Source: an uncultured bacterium (GTDB lineage: Bacteria; UBP14; UBA6098). Taken from it: a stretch of 64,000 nt of DNA. The translations under genes were made by a program, and so were the position numbers. A model generated the notes under the pieces. It was given only the letters and a program-made list of their open reading frames with translations. It was not told the DNA's origin and did no database searches. Below, one piece after another: positions 1 through 10,500 of the stretch. The stretch lies in assembly GCA_964459995.1 (NCBI GenBank), contig CAYWOR010000001.1, forward strand, positions 145,328-209,327. Direction: 5' to 3'. Each line of letters starts with the position of its first letter. Position 1 is the first letter of the stretch.

Positions 1-2
1 CC

Positions 3-3000
3 GGCGGTGTCGGTGGTTCTGGTATTAACTGGCGCGATTTCGAGATCACCTTCGCCATCGAGCACTGCGATCTCACTTGGGACACCATCCGCGTCAATCA
101 GAACGATCTCAACCGCGGTATCTATGTTGACGAAGAGAACAACGGCTACAACGCCAGGATGTGGATCAATTTCGAGGAATTGGTTCTTTGGCATCCCAGC
201 TGGGCCGGCTTGGTTCCCTTCCGTTCGGGCGATTTCGTCTATGTCCTCCTTACGAGGCTTCTCGACGACCCGGACTACGGTCAGCATTGGGGCGTTGATG
301 AGTGCATGCTCGGCGATTGGACGACAACCCCGCCATACTGGAATCAGATTTACTGGGTTATCGATACGATACCTTCTTATTCCGGCACTTGGGGCATCGC
401 GAACGGTGCCGATGGTAACTACGGAACCCGCAACACTCAGGACAACCATATTCCTGTGATGTGGGAAGTCGTCGGCGTGTGTCCTTACTACACGGAATAC
501 GCGTTCGACACTCTCGGTATCCTCCGTATCGACCTCGAAGGCCCGACCGCTCCGGATACTTTCTACTATCCGCCTCATCAGTGGGTTACTTCCGATAGCT
601 TCCAGATCATTACGTTGAACATCTACGACCAGATCGGTTGTTCGAACTACGATCTCGACGTTCAGGATCTTCTTCGTAACCGCGTTTCCGGCGTTTACTC
701 CGCTAGTGTCGATCAGGAAGCCCGCATCTGCGTTAACCTCAAGGTTCGCGGTTGCGACGGTAGCTGGCATCCCTACTATCACAGCGGCGCGGGATCAATT
801 CCCGACGGTCGTAACTTCTGCGTTGGCGAGCCCGATGCTGTCGGTCTCAACCTGACCAAGAAGTATAACGAGTGGGGCGTCAGAGTAACCTGGGATCCGT
901 ATCGCACGAATACCGATCAGGCGCACTTCCGCCCGGGCGACAAGGTCTGCGTTACCGTTTACGCTTGGGATAATGCTATCACCGACTGTCAGTACGAGCC
1001 CGGCACCGCCGGTCCGGTCAGCGGTTGGGATGATGACAATGATCCTTGGACCTCGCACCGCGATTCTGTCAACTACTCGATTTACTGCTCCGACGGTTCT
1101 CTCGCCCACTTCGTGGACGCCACCGTTCCGAGCCGTAACAGCGGTTATGACAGACTCGACCCGGATTATCTCTACTACGAAGTTTCGCATATCGCCCGTT
1201 GGACTTTCTTCGTTGATTGCCATGCGCCCATCTTCACTGGCGCCGATATGTCGCAGGTTTGTAACGATACCATGTATCTCTACTTCCGCGATGTGTCCGC
1301 CAATGTTCATGGAATGTATTGCGACAACTGGATCGCCAACATCGGCGTTCAGCACACCGAGCTAGTAGAAGGTGCCGACCTGCTTCTCATCTTCACGGAT
1401 ACGATGACCACCCCCGGCGTTACCTACGTCGATACGATCATCTTCCAGAATATGAAGCTCAGCGGCGGCGCTTATCCGCTGAACATTCACGTCGCTTATC
1501 ACGACATTCCGGGCAGAGAGTATCAGTATTACTATGCTGAACTCATCAAAGATCCGGCTGACGATCGCGGCGCTTATGTCCAGCTCTATGGCGACGGTTC
1601 CGAGGCGACCTGCCACTTCTTCCAGCCCTACGACCAAATTCGTTGGGAGCTTTATGCCGGCGACAGCCCGGATGTTCCTTGGTATCCCGCGACTCAGCGC
1701 ACCGTCTCTGGCGGACGCACCTATCGTTGGCACCATGGATTCGATTCCTGGAGCAACCCCGGCACATGGTTCATGAGCTGGCGCTATGGCAGGCATGACT
1801 ACACCGGTATTAATGTCGATACCCTCGACGGCCCGACCTTCTGGGAAGACACCTTCTATAACAACTTTGAGAACCCGAATTGGGCGCTTATCAAGGTTGA
1901 TAGTCTCCAGATCTTCTCTGAGACTTGGTTGTCCAAGGTTGGCTGGTTCAACGATGAGGCTTATCATGCGTTCATGTATCCGCCTCACGTTTACAACTAC
2001 CCGCCGGATCTCAAGGGTGACTACACCAATATCTGGCACGCTTGGATGGGCCGCTACCGCAACACCACCCCGGGTGGAATGACCCCGGTTCTGTTGTGGG
2101 AAGAAGGAAGCCCGAGCCGTATCTCTCCGATGCAGAGCCGCGACCCGTATGTCAACTTCTGGGTTAACGACCTTAACTTCATCGTCGCTGACATCTACAC
2201 CTGCACCGACTCGATCATTTGGGAATGCCTCGTCGGAACACATCCGGACGAAGACACTCTTCCGTTCCGCGTTCCTCGCGTAACGATTGATCTTTACAAT
2301 GCCGGACGTTCGCATGTGTGGACTATCGACGAATTCTACGATTGCCACTGCACGCCTTGCTTCATCAGCTACTATCCTTCGCGCACCGCTTGTGTCGATT
2401 GGGGTAGAATGCATGTCGGTCCGATCGATCAGACCGAACAGTGGCTCTACACGATTCGTAGAATCGATACTCTCGAAACTGACCCCGTCCTCGTTACCGA
2501 TACTATCGTCGGATGGCAGCATCTCGATAGCATTTCGGTCAGGTTGGAGTTCAATGTTCGCGAGCCGAACTACTTCACCGATGCCACCCATTTCACGAAG
2601 TATGTTTTCCGTTGGGATTATGTAGTCGATATGCAGCCGCCGACCGCGATATTCCGCGACCCGGCCGCTACCACCGGCTACGACGAGGTCAACTGTAACC
2701 TCATTCACGACTCGAACCATACTCTCAGGCTGAGACTCGAAAGCATCGTCGACGCTCATGTCGGTTGTGCTCCGGGCACTCTTATGGCCGATGGTTGGTC
2801 TTCCAAGTGGCCGATTCCCGCCGTTGCTCCGTCTTCCGATTGGGTCAAGTTCAAGTATGAAACGACTCCTCCGGTTGCCGCGAACATGGTTTGGAATCCT
2901 GCTACCCACTATCTCTGGTCGAATGAGTCCTTCGTCATCACCAACTGCGCTCTCGAGCTTAATGTTGCTGATACGATGACCATCGGAACCCCGGGTATCC

Positions 3001-6000
3001 AGATTTACCACGGCCTCAATCGCAGTGGCCCCGGATTCCCAGTTCCGTTGCAGACCACTCTCACGAGAGACACGATCTTCGTCGCCGATAGCGTTTTTGC
3101 CGAAGCTATCATTCAGGACCGTTTGGGCAACTGGACTCTCAAGACCAGCCGCAAAATGGCTCTGGACAATGGTCTTCCCGAGGTTAAGGGCTTCGCGCTC
3201 GCTACTCTCGGAATCGATACCGTCGGTTACGACTCTCTCGGAACCCCGATTCTCGGCGATGTGTACATGAACGATTGGGACGGCGCAGTCTTCAAACTGC
3301 CTTGGCTTGTTCCTGATCAGGACAGTCTCGTCGGAATCTACAACTTCGCTCCGGTTTGCACCGTTTATGTGAGGTTGTGGTTCAACGATAATATGGACAT
3401 GCGTGAAGCCGATCACCTTTACGGCCACATCGTTAGGTTCAAGCCGCACGGATGGACCCACTGGTTCCCCGTTCTTCCGCTTGAAACCGTCGGCGGTGGC
3501 CCCACCGGTCTTCGTTTCCCGCTTGCTCAGCAGTATGTCGATTACAAGAATATCGCTGGTGTTATGCCGAGTGCACGCCCGGATGCTTCCAGTGAAACTG
3601 ACCTTTCGCCCGTTATCCCCGGTGATGTCGAGGCTCTCGATGCCGGTTGGAACAGCGACCGCGAATGGGTTGGCTACATGGTTATCGCCGGCGGCGGCGC
3701 CATGGACGGTATCGGAACTCTCCGTGTTCAGGGATTCGATGACAACGCTGGAAACTATATGCTTCCGATCGAATACCCGCTTCGTATAGTAACCGGCGAA
3801 CCGAGATTCAAGATGGTTTACTGGCCGAGAATCGACACTCTGAATAATGCTCATGTCGATCCTTGGAGCGGTTTGCCGGATGACGTTCTCGTTCTCTCCG
3901 GTTGGAGCACTTCGGATCCGGTCCTCGGCGACTCGACCCGTTGCACCTTCTATCAGGATAACGATAGAATGAATCCGATCACCGCTTATTGGGACAACTA
4001 CCTTGCGGAGACCGATTCGGTTCGTTTCAGAGTATTCTGGCACGACACCGCTTGGGTTCCCGGCGCTCCTCTCACCGGTCATACTTTCCACTGGTCTGAG
4101 GACGATATGTGGTCGAGCAACATCTCTGTTTACAGAGACACAGCTTGGGTAGTTATGCCCGTTAGCGAACTCGATCTCTTGCACGAGTATTACACAACTC
4201 TTGGCGGCGCTCCTGTTGCCTACTCGAACAACGAGCTTTATGCAACAATCGTGTTCGAGGCCTTCAGCAGGTTCCGTCCGAGCAACCCCTACATCGCCGA
4301 TACGCTACTCAACGTTCGTATCGACAACCGTAGGCCGGATCCGCAGTTGACGACCCTCACCGGTGGTCAGATGATTCATGGTCAGCACACGATGCTTCCG
4401 TTCGGTTCGACCGATCTGAAGGTTTGCTGGCAGAATAATCAGGTCGAGCAGATCGATAAGATGTCCATCTGGCTCCATAGCCTCATAGATGGCGCTGATT
4501 ACATGCTCTTCCCGGCTGGCGGAACACCCGGACAGAGTTTCGGCGCTGTCGGAACATCTACTCCGCTTTACTACGATCCTGTCAATGGCGTTATCTGCCT
4601 CGACTACAGGAACCCGGCTGGTCTTCCGGCTGGTATGTGGACTCTGAGCTGGAAAGCCTTCGACGGTATTCAGGTCGTCGATACAGCGAGAGGTGGAACA
4701 ATACTGAGATACTGGCAGTATTACCACACCGATTGCGAATTCGACTTCTTCACCGACGATACGCTGACCATTCTTAGGCCTCCGTTCCTCGCTCGCGGCG
4801 ATAATCTCTACGACGCTCTAAGGAGTGTTGCGGACAATTATCCTGCAGTCATTGGCTCGGACGACATCTATCCGTGGTGGAATGTTGGTATGGAAGATAT
4901 CTGGCCGGATTGGCCGACCTTTGGTTGGATCGATACGGCGGCTATCAGAGCGGCTGGCCTGCCCGACCTCTGGAGAGTCGATGCTCTTCACAGAGTCCCG
5001 CAGATGGTTCCGGTTGTTCAGATTACCACCTATAATAACCCGGACTACAGCTCTGGTGTTCCGGATCCGCTCATGCATCCGTATGTCGAATCCGGCGGTT
5101 ACCCGGGCGACAGCCTCTACGTCCTGTTGGAAATGCTCGAGACCGATGTCAACGTTAGATACATCGACCTGAACATCAAGGATTACTGGGGTGGCAACAT
5201 CTCCGGTTCTAACCTCCAGATCAATGTCAGGCTCGATAGCACTCACGTTGTTCACTACGGCGATCGTTCCTTCTGGGTGTATAAGTGGACGGTCGATGAT
5301 CAGGACAACCGTTACGACGGTCTTGTTACGATCACCGCTTCCGAATACACTTACAGCCCGTCCACCAGCACGTGGAACTATTGGGATCACATTGCCTATG
5401 TCTTACTGGATACGGACGATCCGACCTACGAGGTTTCTATGATTAGAACCTCCGACTCTTCGGTTCCGAATATCGCCATCAACCCGATCGACTTCCCGGA
5501 TGAATCAAGAATCTGGGTGGTTAATGCGGACGAGTTCCTCATCAACCTCGATTGGGATCAGACGATATACGATCCGGCGGCTCCGGGTCACCCCGTCTCC
5601 TACCATAACTATGGCAGATACATCTACACTCGTCAGTGGGATCATTGGAGAATTTCCATCGACGGTGCTCCGAATTACGGCACCTACAGCGATGCGAACG
5701 ACCATCTCGAAGCCAGGCTCTGGGACAACGACCTCGATCCGTGGGACATTCATCATCCGTTCTGGCGTCAGCCGGACTACATGAATACCGCGATCACGCC
5801 GTCGTCTTACGATAACGCTTCGCCGATGTGGACCTTCAATGACAAGATCAGATTCTTTGCCGACAACGTCTATGCCTATGCTTGGGATGTTGCTGGAATA
5901 CCTGAAGGCCTCACGGCTCAGGGTGTTGCCTACATCCTCGGTAAGTCTCGCGACGCCGCCGGTAACGTCCTCGACTACGAAGAGGCGAGGATCAGCAAAT

Positions 6001-7445
6001 CGAAGGGCAAGATTGCTCTTATCGACATCGAACGCCCGACCATCGACACCGATCTCGTTATCGCCACCGGCGACAACCTGACCGCCTATGTCGGTGCTAT
6101 CTGGGACAACTTCATTGGCGACAACTTCACCAACGAGCTGGGTGACGGCTACGTTTACGTGATGGTTACCATCGAAGACACGATCCTCGTGGGTCCCTAC
6201 TGGGTGGATCCGAGCGGAGCTATTGCTACCTCCGGTTGGGGCGCTTACGGCCCGACTCCGGGTGACTTCATTGACCTCTGTGTCTATGACCTCGCAGGCA
6301 ACTATGTTTGCGTCGAAGTCGAAGTCGTTCCCGAAGTTCATTGCTGCACCTACAGTCTTTGCACCGATTGGAACCTCATCTCCATCAGCGTCAACCCCGA
6401 AACGCTTACTACGGCTGTCTTCGGTGGCGCTCCGGTTTACAAACTGGTCGGAGGCACCTATGTGCCCTACACCGGTATTCTTGAGCCGGGTGCTGGCTAT
6501 GCGGTTTACCCGCCGAGTGCAATGGAAGTTACTATCTGCGGCGCTCCTGTGACGTCTTTCGACGTTACCCTCAGTGCCGGTTGGAACCTGATTGGCGCTA
6601 CGTGGATGGATGTTCCGTTCACCGCTCCGGAGACCACTCCGGCTGGCGCGATCGACCCGACCGAAACTCGTTGGTATGAGTGCGGAGTTAACTATCACTA
6701 CACTAACGTTCTCGAACACTGCAGAGGCCACCTGGTCATGGTTACCAACCCGGCCGGTTGTGAGCTGAGTGTTCCGGGATCCCGTGGCGGCAAGGTCGTT
6801 TACACCGTCAAAGACGGTCAGTTCGACCCGCTGTTCACCGGCAAATTGGTTAGTGATAACCGCACCCTGACCTTCGGCGTTGCCGACATCGCCACCGCCA
6901 ACTTCGACCGCGGCATCGATCGCTACGCGATTCCGGCGCACGTTGGTCAGAGCGAGCTCGTTCTCGACGGCGGCATGGATGTCGATTACCGCACAACCGA
7001 TAGCAGGATCGAGTGGACCGTTAAGGCCACCGGTAACTACACTGCGACCTTCGAGAAGGAAGGCGACTGGGTCGTCTCTCTCGACGGAGTCCAGCTCGTT
7101 GACGGCGATGTCGTCACGATCACTTCGGGTTCGCACAAGCTGGTTGCCGACCGTGTCTCGGTTCCCGCGAACTTCGCTCTCGGTCAGAACCTTCCGAACC
7201 CGTTCAACGCAGTAACGGCGATCAAGTATGAGCTCCCGACGGACGCTACTGTAACCCTCGAGGTTTACACCGTCCTCGGTCAGAAAGTCGCTACGCTGGT
7301 TAACGGCGATCAGGAAGCCGGTTATCGCACCGTCGTTTGGGACGGAAACGATGACGAGGGTAGAGCTGTTCCGAGCGGAATCTATTTCTACAAGATTTCC
7401 GCCGGCGACTTCTCGGCGACTCGCAAGATGACCCTGATGAAGTAA
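3..7445 (+). CDS. Giant secreted surface protein (>2480 aa, 5'-truncated by the window edge) with Ig-like repeats and a C-terminal FlgD-Ig/T9SS-type sorting domain
   Basis: The frame of ORF 159..7445 is open back to position 3 (GGVGGSGINWRDFEITF...). C-terminus FALGQNLPNPFN...WDGNDDEGRAVPSGIYFYKI...TRKMTLMK. Strong C/T-ending codon bias. Confidence 0.85.
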   Translation, partial: GGVGGSGINWRDFEITFAIEHCDLTWDTIRVNQNDLNRGIYVDEENNGYNARMWINFEELVLWHPSWAGLVPFRSGDFVYVLLTRLLDDPDYGQHWGVDECMLGDWTTTPPYWNQIYWVIDTIPSYSGTWGIANGADGNYGTRNTQDNHIPVMWEVVGVCPYYTEYAFDTLGILRIDLEGPTAPDTFYYPPHQWVTSDSFQIITLNIYDQIGCSNYDLDVQDLLRNRVSGVYSASVDQEARICVNLKVRGCDGSWHPYYHSGAGSIPDGRNFCVGEPDAVGLNLTKKYNEWGVRVTWDPYRTNTDQAHFRPGDKVCVTVYAWDNAITDCQYEPGTAGPVSGWDDDNDPWTSHRDSVNYSIYCSDGSLAHFVDATVPSRNSGYDRLDPDYLYYEVSHIARWTFFVDCHAPIFTGADMSQVCNDTMYLYFRDVSANVHGMYCDNWIANIGVQHTELVEGADLLLIFTDTMTTPGVTYVDTIIFQNMKLSGGAYPLNIHVAYHDIPGREYQYYYAELIKDPADDRGAYVQLYGDGSEATCHFFQPYDQIRWELYAGDSPDVPWYPATQRTVSGGRTYRWHHGFDSWSNPGTWFMSWRYGRHDYTGINVDTLDGPTFWEDTFYNNFENPNWALIKVDSLQIFSETWLSKVGWFNDEAYHAFMYPPHVYNYPPDLKGDYTNIWHAWMGRYRNTTPGGMTPVLLWEEGSPSRISPMQSRDPYVNFWVNDLNFIVADIYTCTDSIIWECLVGTHPDEDTLPFRVPRVTIDLYNAGRSHVWTIDEFYDCHCTPCFISYYPSRTACVDWGRMHVGPIDQTEQWLYTIRRIDTLETDPVLVTDTIVGWQHLDSISVRLEFNVREPNYFTDATHFTKYVFRWDYVVDMQPPTAIFRDPAATTGYDEVNCNLIHDSNHTLRLRLESIVDAHVGCAPGTLMADGWSSKWPIPAVAPSSDWVKFKYETTPPVAANMVWNPATHYLWSNESFVITNCALELNVADTMTIGTPGIQIYHGLNRSGPGFPVPLQTTLTRDTIFVADSVFAEAIIQDRLGNWTLKTSRKMALDNGLPEVKGFALATLGIDTVGYDSLGTPILGDVYMNDWDGAVFKLPWLVPDQDSLVGIYNFAPVCTVYVRLWFNDNMDMREADHLYGHIVRFKPHGWTHWFPVLPLETVGGGPTGLRFPLAQQYVDYKNIAGVMPSARPDASSETDLSPVIPGDVEALDAGWNSDREWVGYMVIAGGGAMDGIGTLRVQGFDDNAGNYMLPIEYPLRIVTGEPRFKMVYWPRIDTLNNAHVDPWSGLPDDVLVLSGWSTSDPVLGDSTRCTFYQDNDRMNPITAYWDNYLAETDSVRFRVFWHDTAWVPGAPLTGHTFHWSEDDMWSSNISVYRDTAWVVMPVSELDLLHEYYTTLGGAPVAYSNNELYATIVFEAFSRFRPSNPYIADTLLNVRIDNRRPDPQLTTLTGGQMIHGQHTMLPFGSTDLKVCWQNNQVEQIDKMSIWLHSLIDGADYMLFPAGGTPGQSFGAVGTSTPLYYDPVNGVICLDYRNPAGLPAGMWTLSWKAFDGIQVVDTARGGTILRYWQYYHTDCEFDFFTDDTLTILRPPFLARGDNLYDALRSVADNYPAVIGSDDIYPWWNVGMEDIWPDWPTFGWIDTAAIRAAGLPDLWRVDALHRVPQMVPVVQITTYNNPDYSSGVPDPLMHPYVESGGYPGDSLYVLLEMLETDVNVRYIDLNIKDYWGGNISGSNLQINVRLDSTHVVHYGDRSFWVYKWTVDDQDNRYDGLVTITASEYTYSPSTSTWNYWDHIAYVLLDTDDPTYEVSMIRTSDSSVPNIAINPIDFPDESRIWVVNADEFLINLDWDQTIYDPAAPGHPVSYHNYGRYIYTRQWDHWRISIDGAPNYGTYSDANDHLEARLWDNDLDPWDIHHPFWRQPDYMNTAITPSSYDNASPMWTFNDKIRFFADNVYAYAWDVAGIPEGLTAQGVAYILGKSRDAAGNVLDYEEARISKSKGKIALIDIERPTIDTDLVIATGDNLTAYVGAIWDNFIGDNFTNELGDGYVYVMVTIEDTILVGPYWVDPSGAIATSGWGAYGPTPGDFIDLCVYDLAGNYVCVEVEVVPEVHCCTYSLCTDWNLISISVNPETLTTAVFGGAPVYKLVGGTYVPYTGILEPGAGYAVYPPSAMEVTICGAPVTSFDVTLSAGWNLIGATWMDVPFTAPETTPAGAIDPTETRWYECGVNYHYTNVLEHCRGHLVMVTNPAGCELSVPGSRGGKVVYTVKDGQFDPLFTGKLVSDNRTLTFGVADIATANFDRGIDRYAIPAHVGQSELVLDGGMDVDYRTTDSRIEWTVKATGNYTATFEKEGDWVVSLDGVQLVDGDVVTITSGSHKLVADRVSVPANFALGQNLPNPFNAVTAIKYELPTDATVTLEVYTVLGQKVATLVNGDQEAGYRTVVWDGNDDEGRAVPSGIYFYKISAGDFSATRKMTLMK

Positions 7446-7462
7446 ACAGCCCAACTTCACAA

Positions 7463-7490
7463 GGCGGCGGGGCTACAAAGCCCCGCCGCC
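7463..7490 (+). other. Perfect 12-bp GC-rich stem-loop after the giant gene, with no U-tract
   Basis: GGCGGCGGGGCT-ACAA-AGCCCCGCCGCC followed by GAATATA. Confidence 0.75.
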
Positions 7491-7597
7491 GAATATAAAG
7501 CACCTTCCTTTTGGGGATGTTTGATTTTTTTAGGAATACATATTTTGAAACTCTATCGTTTATCTGAAACTTATTTTCAAAGAAAGGGGTAAGCCAT

Positions 7598-10500
7598 ATG
7601 TCCAGAGGCAAAATTACCTTAGTAGTAGCTCTTGCGCTTGCAAGTATGGTTCTTGCACAGAGTTGGAGTTTTACTTTTCAGGTCGAGCCCGTTCCGGGGC
7701 AGACACACGACCTTGAAATAGCGATGACTGCGGGAGCAACCGCAGGATATGACGCGTTCTTAGACGTCCCTTATTTTACGCCCCCCGATGGAAGGGGTGT
7801 TTTCTTCCCTCTTAACGATCCATTAAATCCCGCTTATACCAAACTCCAGAAGGATGTCCGCGGTATCGCACTCGGATCATATACCTATTGGATCGCAATG
7901 GACGAGGGATATTGGGGTCTCGATGACCGTATGGTTCGTTGGGATATCGACAATCTTCCCGATCCTGATATCTCCGGCAATCTTTGGATTGCTCCTATAG
8001 TTTATGGGACTGACCCTGCGACTCTCGATGAAGCTCTTTGGATTCCCATGAATACGGTCGAAGAATTCGGTTTCGGACCCACTCAGGAAGCCGCATTCAG
8101 GTTTATGCCTTCTGCAATGGTTGATACCATTGCTCCTTATGTTACCGGTTTCGATCCGGTTCCGGGAGAGGCTGGCGTATCCACAGCTAAGAATGTAAGA
8201 TTCGATGTCAAAGACGCCAACAGAGGCGTTGACCCCGCCACAATCGATGTTTGGGTTACCGTTGGCGGCGGAACTCCGGCTCATCTCGGACCTTCCGACA
8301 TGATTCTCGATCCCATCGTTGGCGGATATCGTGTAACGATTCCCCCGGTTGGCGGTGCTTGGCCTGAATCCACGATTATTAACTACACAGTTAATGCCTG
8401 CGATTTGGCGAGTCCTGCTAATTGCATGGATGTCGATACCTCAGTATCGTTCTTCACCCGTGTGATTCCGCCGGACATGTTCCCGCCCTATTTCGAAACC
8501 GCCTATCCGGCCAATGGTGCTACCGATGTCGATGTTACTTCCTGCGTAAGAATCGTCATTAAAGATTCTGAGAGCGGTGTCGATAGTAGCACAATAATCT
8601 TCCAGCTCAATGGAACAGCGATCCCGCATTCCGACCTTAACATCACTGAGCTTGGAGTCGGTTCGGATTGGTATCGCGTCGAATATTGCCCAACTTCCGA
8701 CCTCAACTATGGCGCTATCTATAATGTTAATGTTTACGCCGAGGATTTCTGGGGCAACGATGCTTCGATTACTTGGTCTTTCGTTACTGAAGAGGCGGAT
8801 TCGCTTCCCGAATTCGTTTATAATCTTCAAGCAATTTCGATTAGTGGAACCGATACCGCGAGAACCAATCTCTACATCGGCCTCGATAATCTTGGAACAG
8901 ACGGCTACGACGTCGGTCTCGATGTCCCGCAGTTCTTGTTCCCGGGTGCGCCGAGAGGTTATTTCCCGCTCATGGATCCGAGCCATCCCAGCGTTCCGGC
9001 CCTTTCGAGGGACATTCGCTCGACTTCCCATGGAATCAAAACATGGACAGTCGATATGTATAGCCCTGTTGGAACTTTGAAACTTACATGGGATAGACTC
9101 CTTCTTCCGCCGATCGGCATGTTCAGCTTCGCTGTTGTCGATAGCGGTTCCACACCGAGCGCTTGGACCTCGATGTCCACCTATGGTGAGGTAAGCTTTA
9201 CCTCCTCCCAGCAGGTTCTCATTCGCTTCCTCCCGACCTTGGTCGATCCTAATCCTCCTGTCGTAACAAATGTTTCGATGGAAGGATCCGGCCCGGGCGG
9301 AGTTGGCTATGATCCAGCAACACCGCTTTGCTTCAGCGTTGTGGATTATGAGTCCGGCGTCGATATAAGCTCTGTGGCAATTTCTATCGATTATGTCGAT
9401 ATCGACCTTGCGGAATTCGCGACCACTCCTCTGTCGAATGGTTACCGTTTCTGCTATACCCCGTCTCCGATGTGGTCGCCGAACACGACCTACAGAGTCG
9501 AGGTTCAGGCCGCGGACAATGCCATTCCGGCTAACGAAATCGACCCGCCCTATGTTTGGAACTTCTCGACCGGCCCGGCTGGTTGCGCTCCGTTGTTCGA
9601 GCTTCCCCTTACTTTCACATGGGGTGCTGGCGCGGATGAAAACGAGACGATCATTTTCGGAACCCACGAGGGTGCTTCCCCGGGTTATGATGCCGGTCTG
9701 GATCAGATTCAGCCTCCGCCCATCACCGCCGCCGGCTTCTTCTTCACTTGCGGCGATGCGGCTCCGGCAGACAAACTGATCAAGGACCTTCGCAATCCAT
9801 GCGACCGTCCGAACATCTGGCAGGCTTCCAAGAGAAATCTGCTTACCTCGCCGAATGTTACTGTTACATGGCCGACTTCTCCGGTTTTCGCGGATACTTC
9901 GTGGCATATCTACTACAAAGTTCTCGGATTGGGTGTTACCCCGCCGACCGCTGTTGACAGCACTTGGACCCGCATGAATGTTGGCGATGAAATCGTTTAC
10001 AATGCCAACTCGAATTATCTCTATGTCGGTCTCGGCTATATCGGAACCACAATCGAAGTCTTCAATATCGAAGGCGATGTTGCGATTGCCGGCGCTCCCG
10101 ATAACAGCGGAATCCGTGTTTACCTCAACGGCGGCACTTTCCGCACGACCAATGCGGCTGGCGAATACTCCTTCGCGAACATCCCGCTTGGAACTTATAA
10201 CTTAACATTCTGGGACCCGGCTGGCGAATACTGCGCGCATCCTGATATGGATTCGATCGTTGTGGTTACCGGCACTGTTCCCGATGCCACTATCGATGTT
10301 CCTACCTATCATATGCTCCCCTGCGGAAGCAGAAGAGTTTATGGTGTCGGTTCGGTTGCTGGAACGCCTACTCAGTGGATCAACGTGAAACTCACGAATC
10401 TCGGCGATCTTTCCGAATCCACAATTCCGACCAACGCTTCGGGAGCTTACCAGTTCCTCGGCGTTGTTCCGGGTGATTACATGCTGACCGCTTCCTATTC

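Noticed and set aside
1362-7460. Long antisense ORFs (940 aa at 1362-4184, 651 aa at 5505-7460; also 8441-9907 and 10805-12343)
   Set aside because: They are shadows of strongly biased sense genes, because rare TTA/CTA/TCA codons leave the antisense frame stop-free. They have no motifs or RBS.
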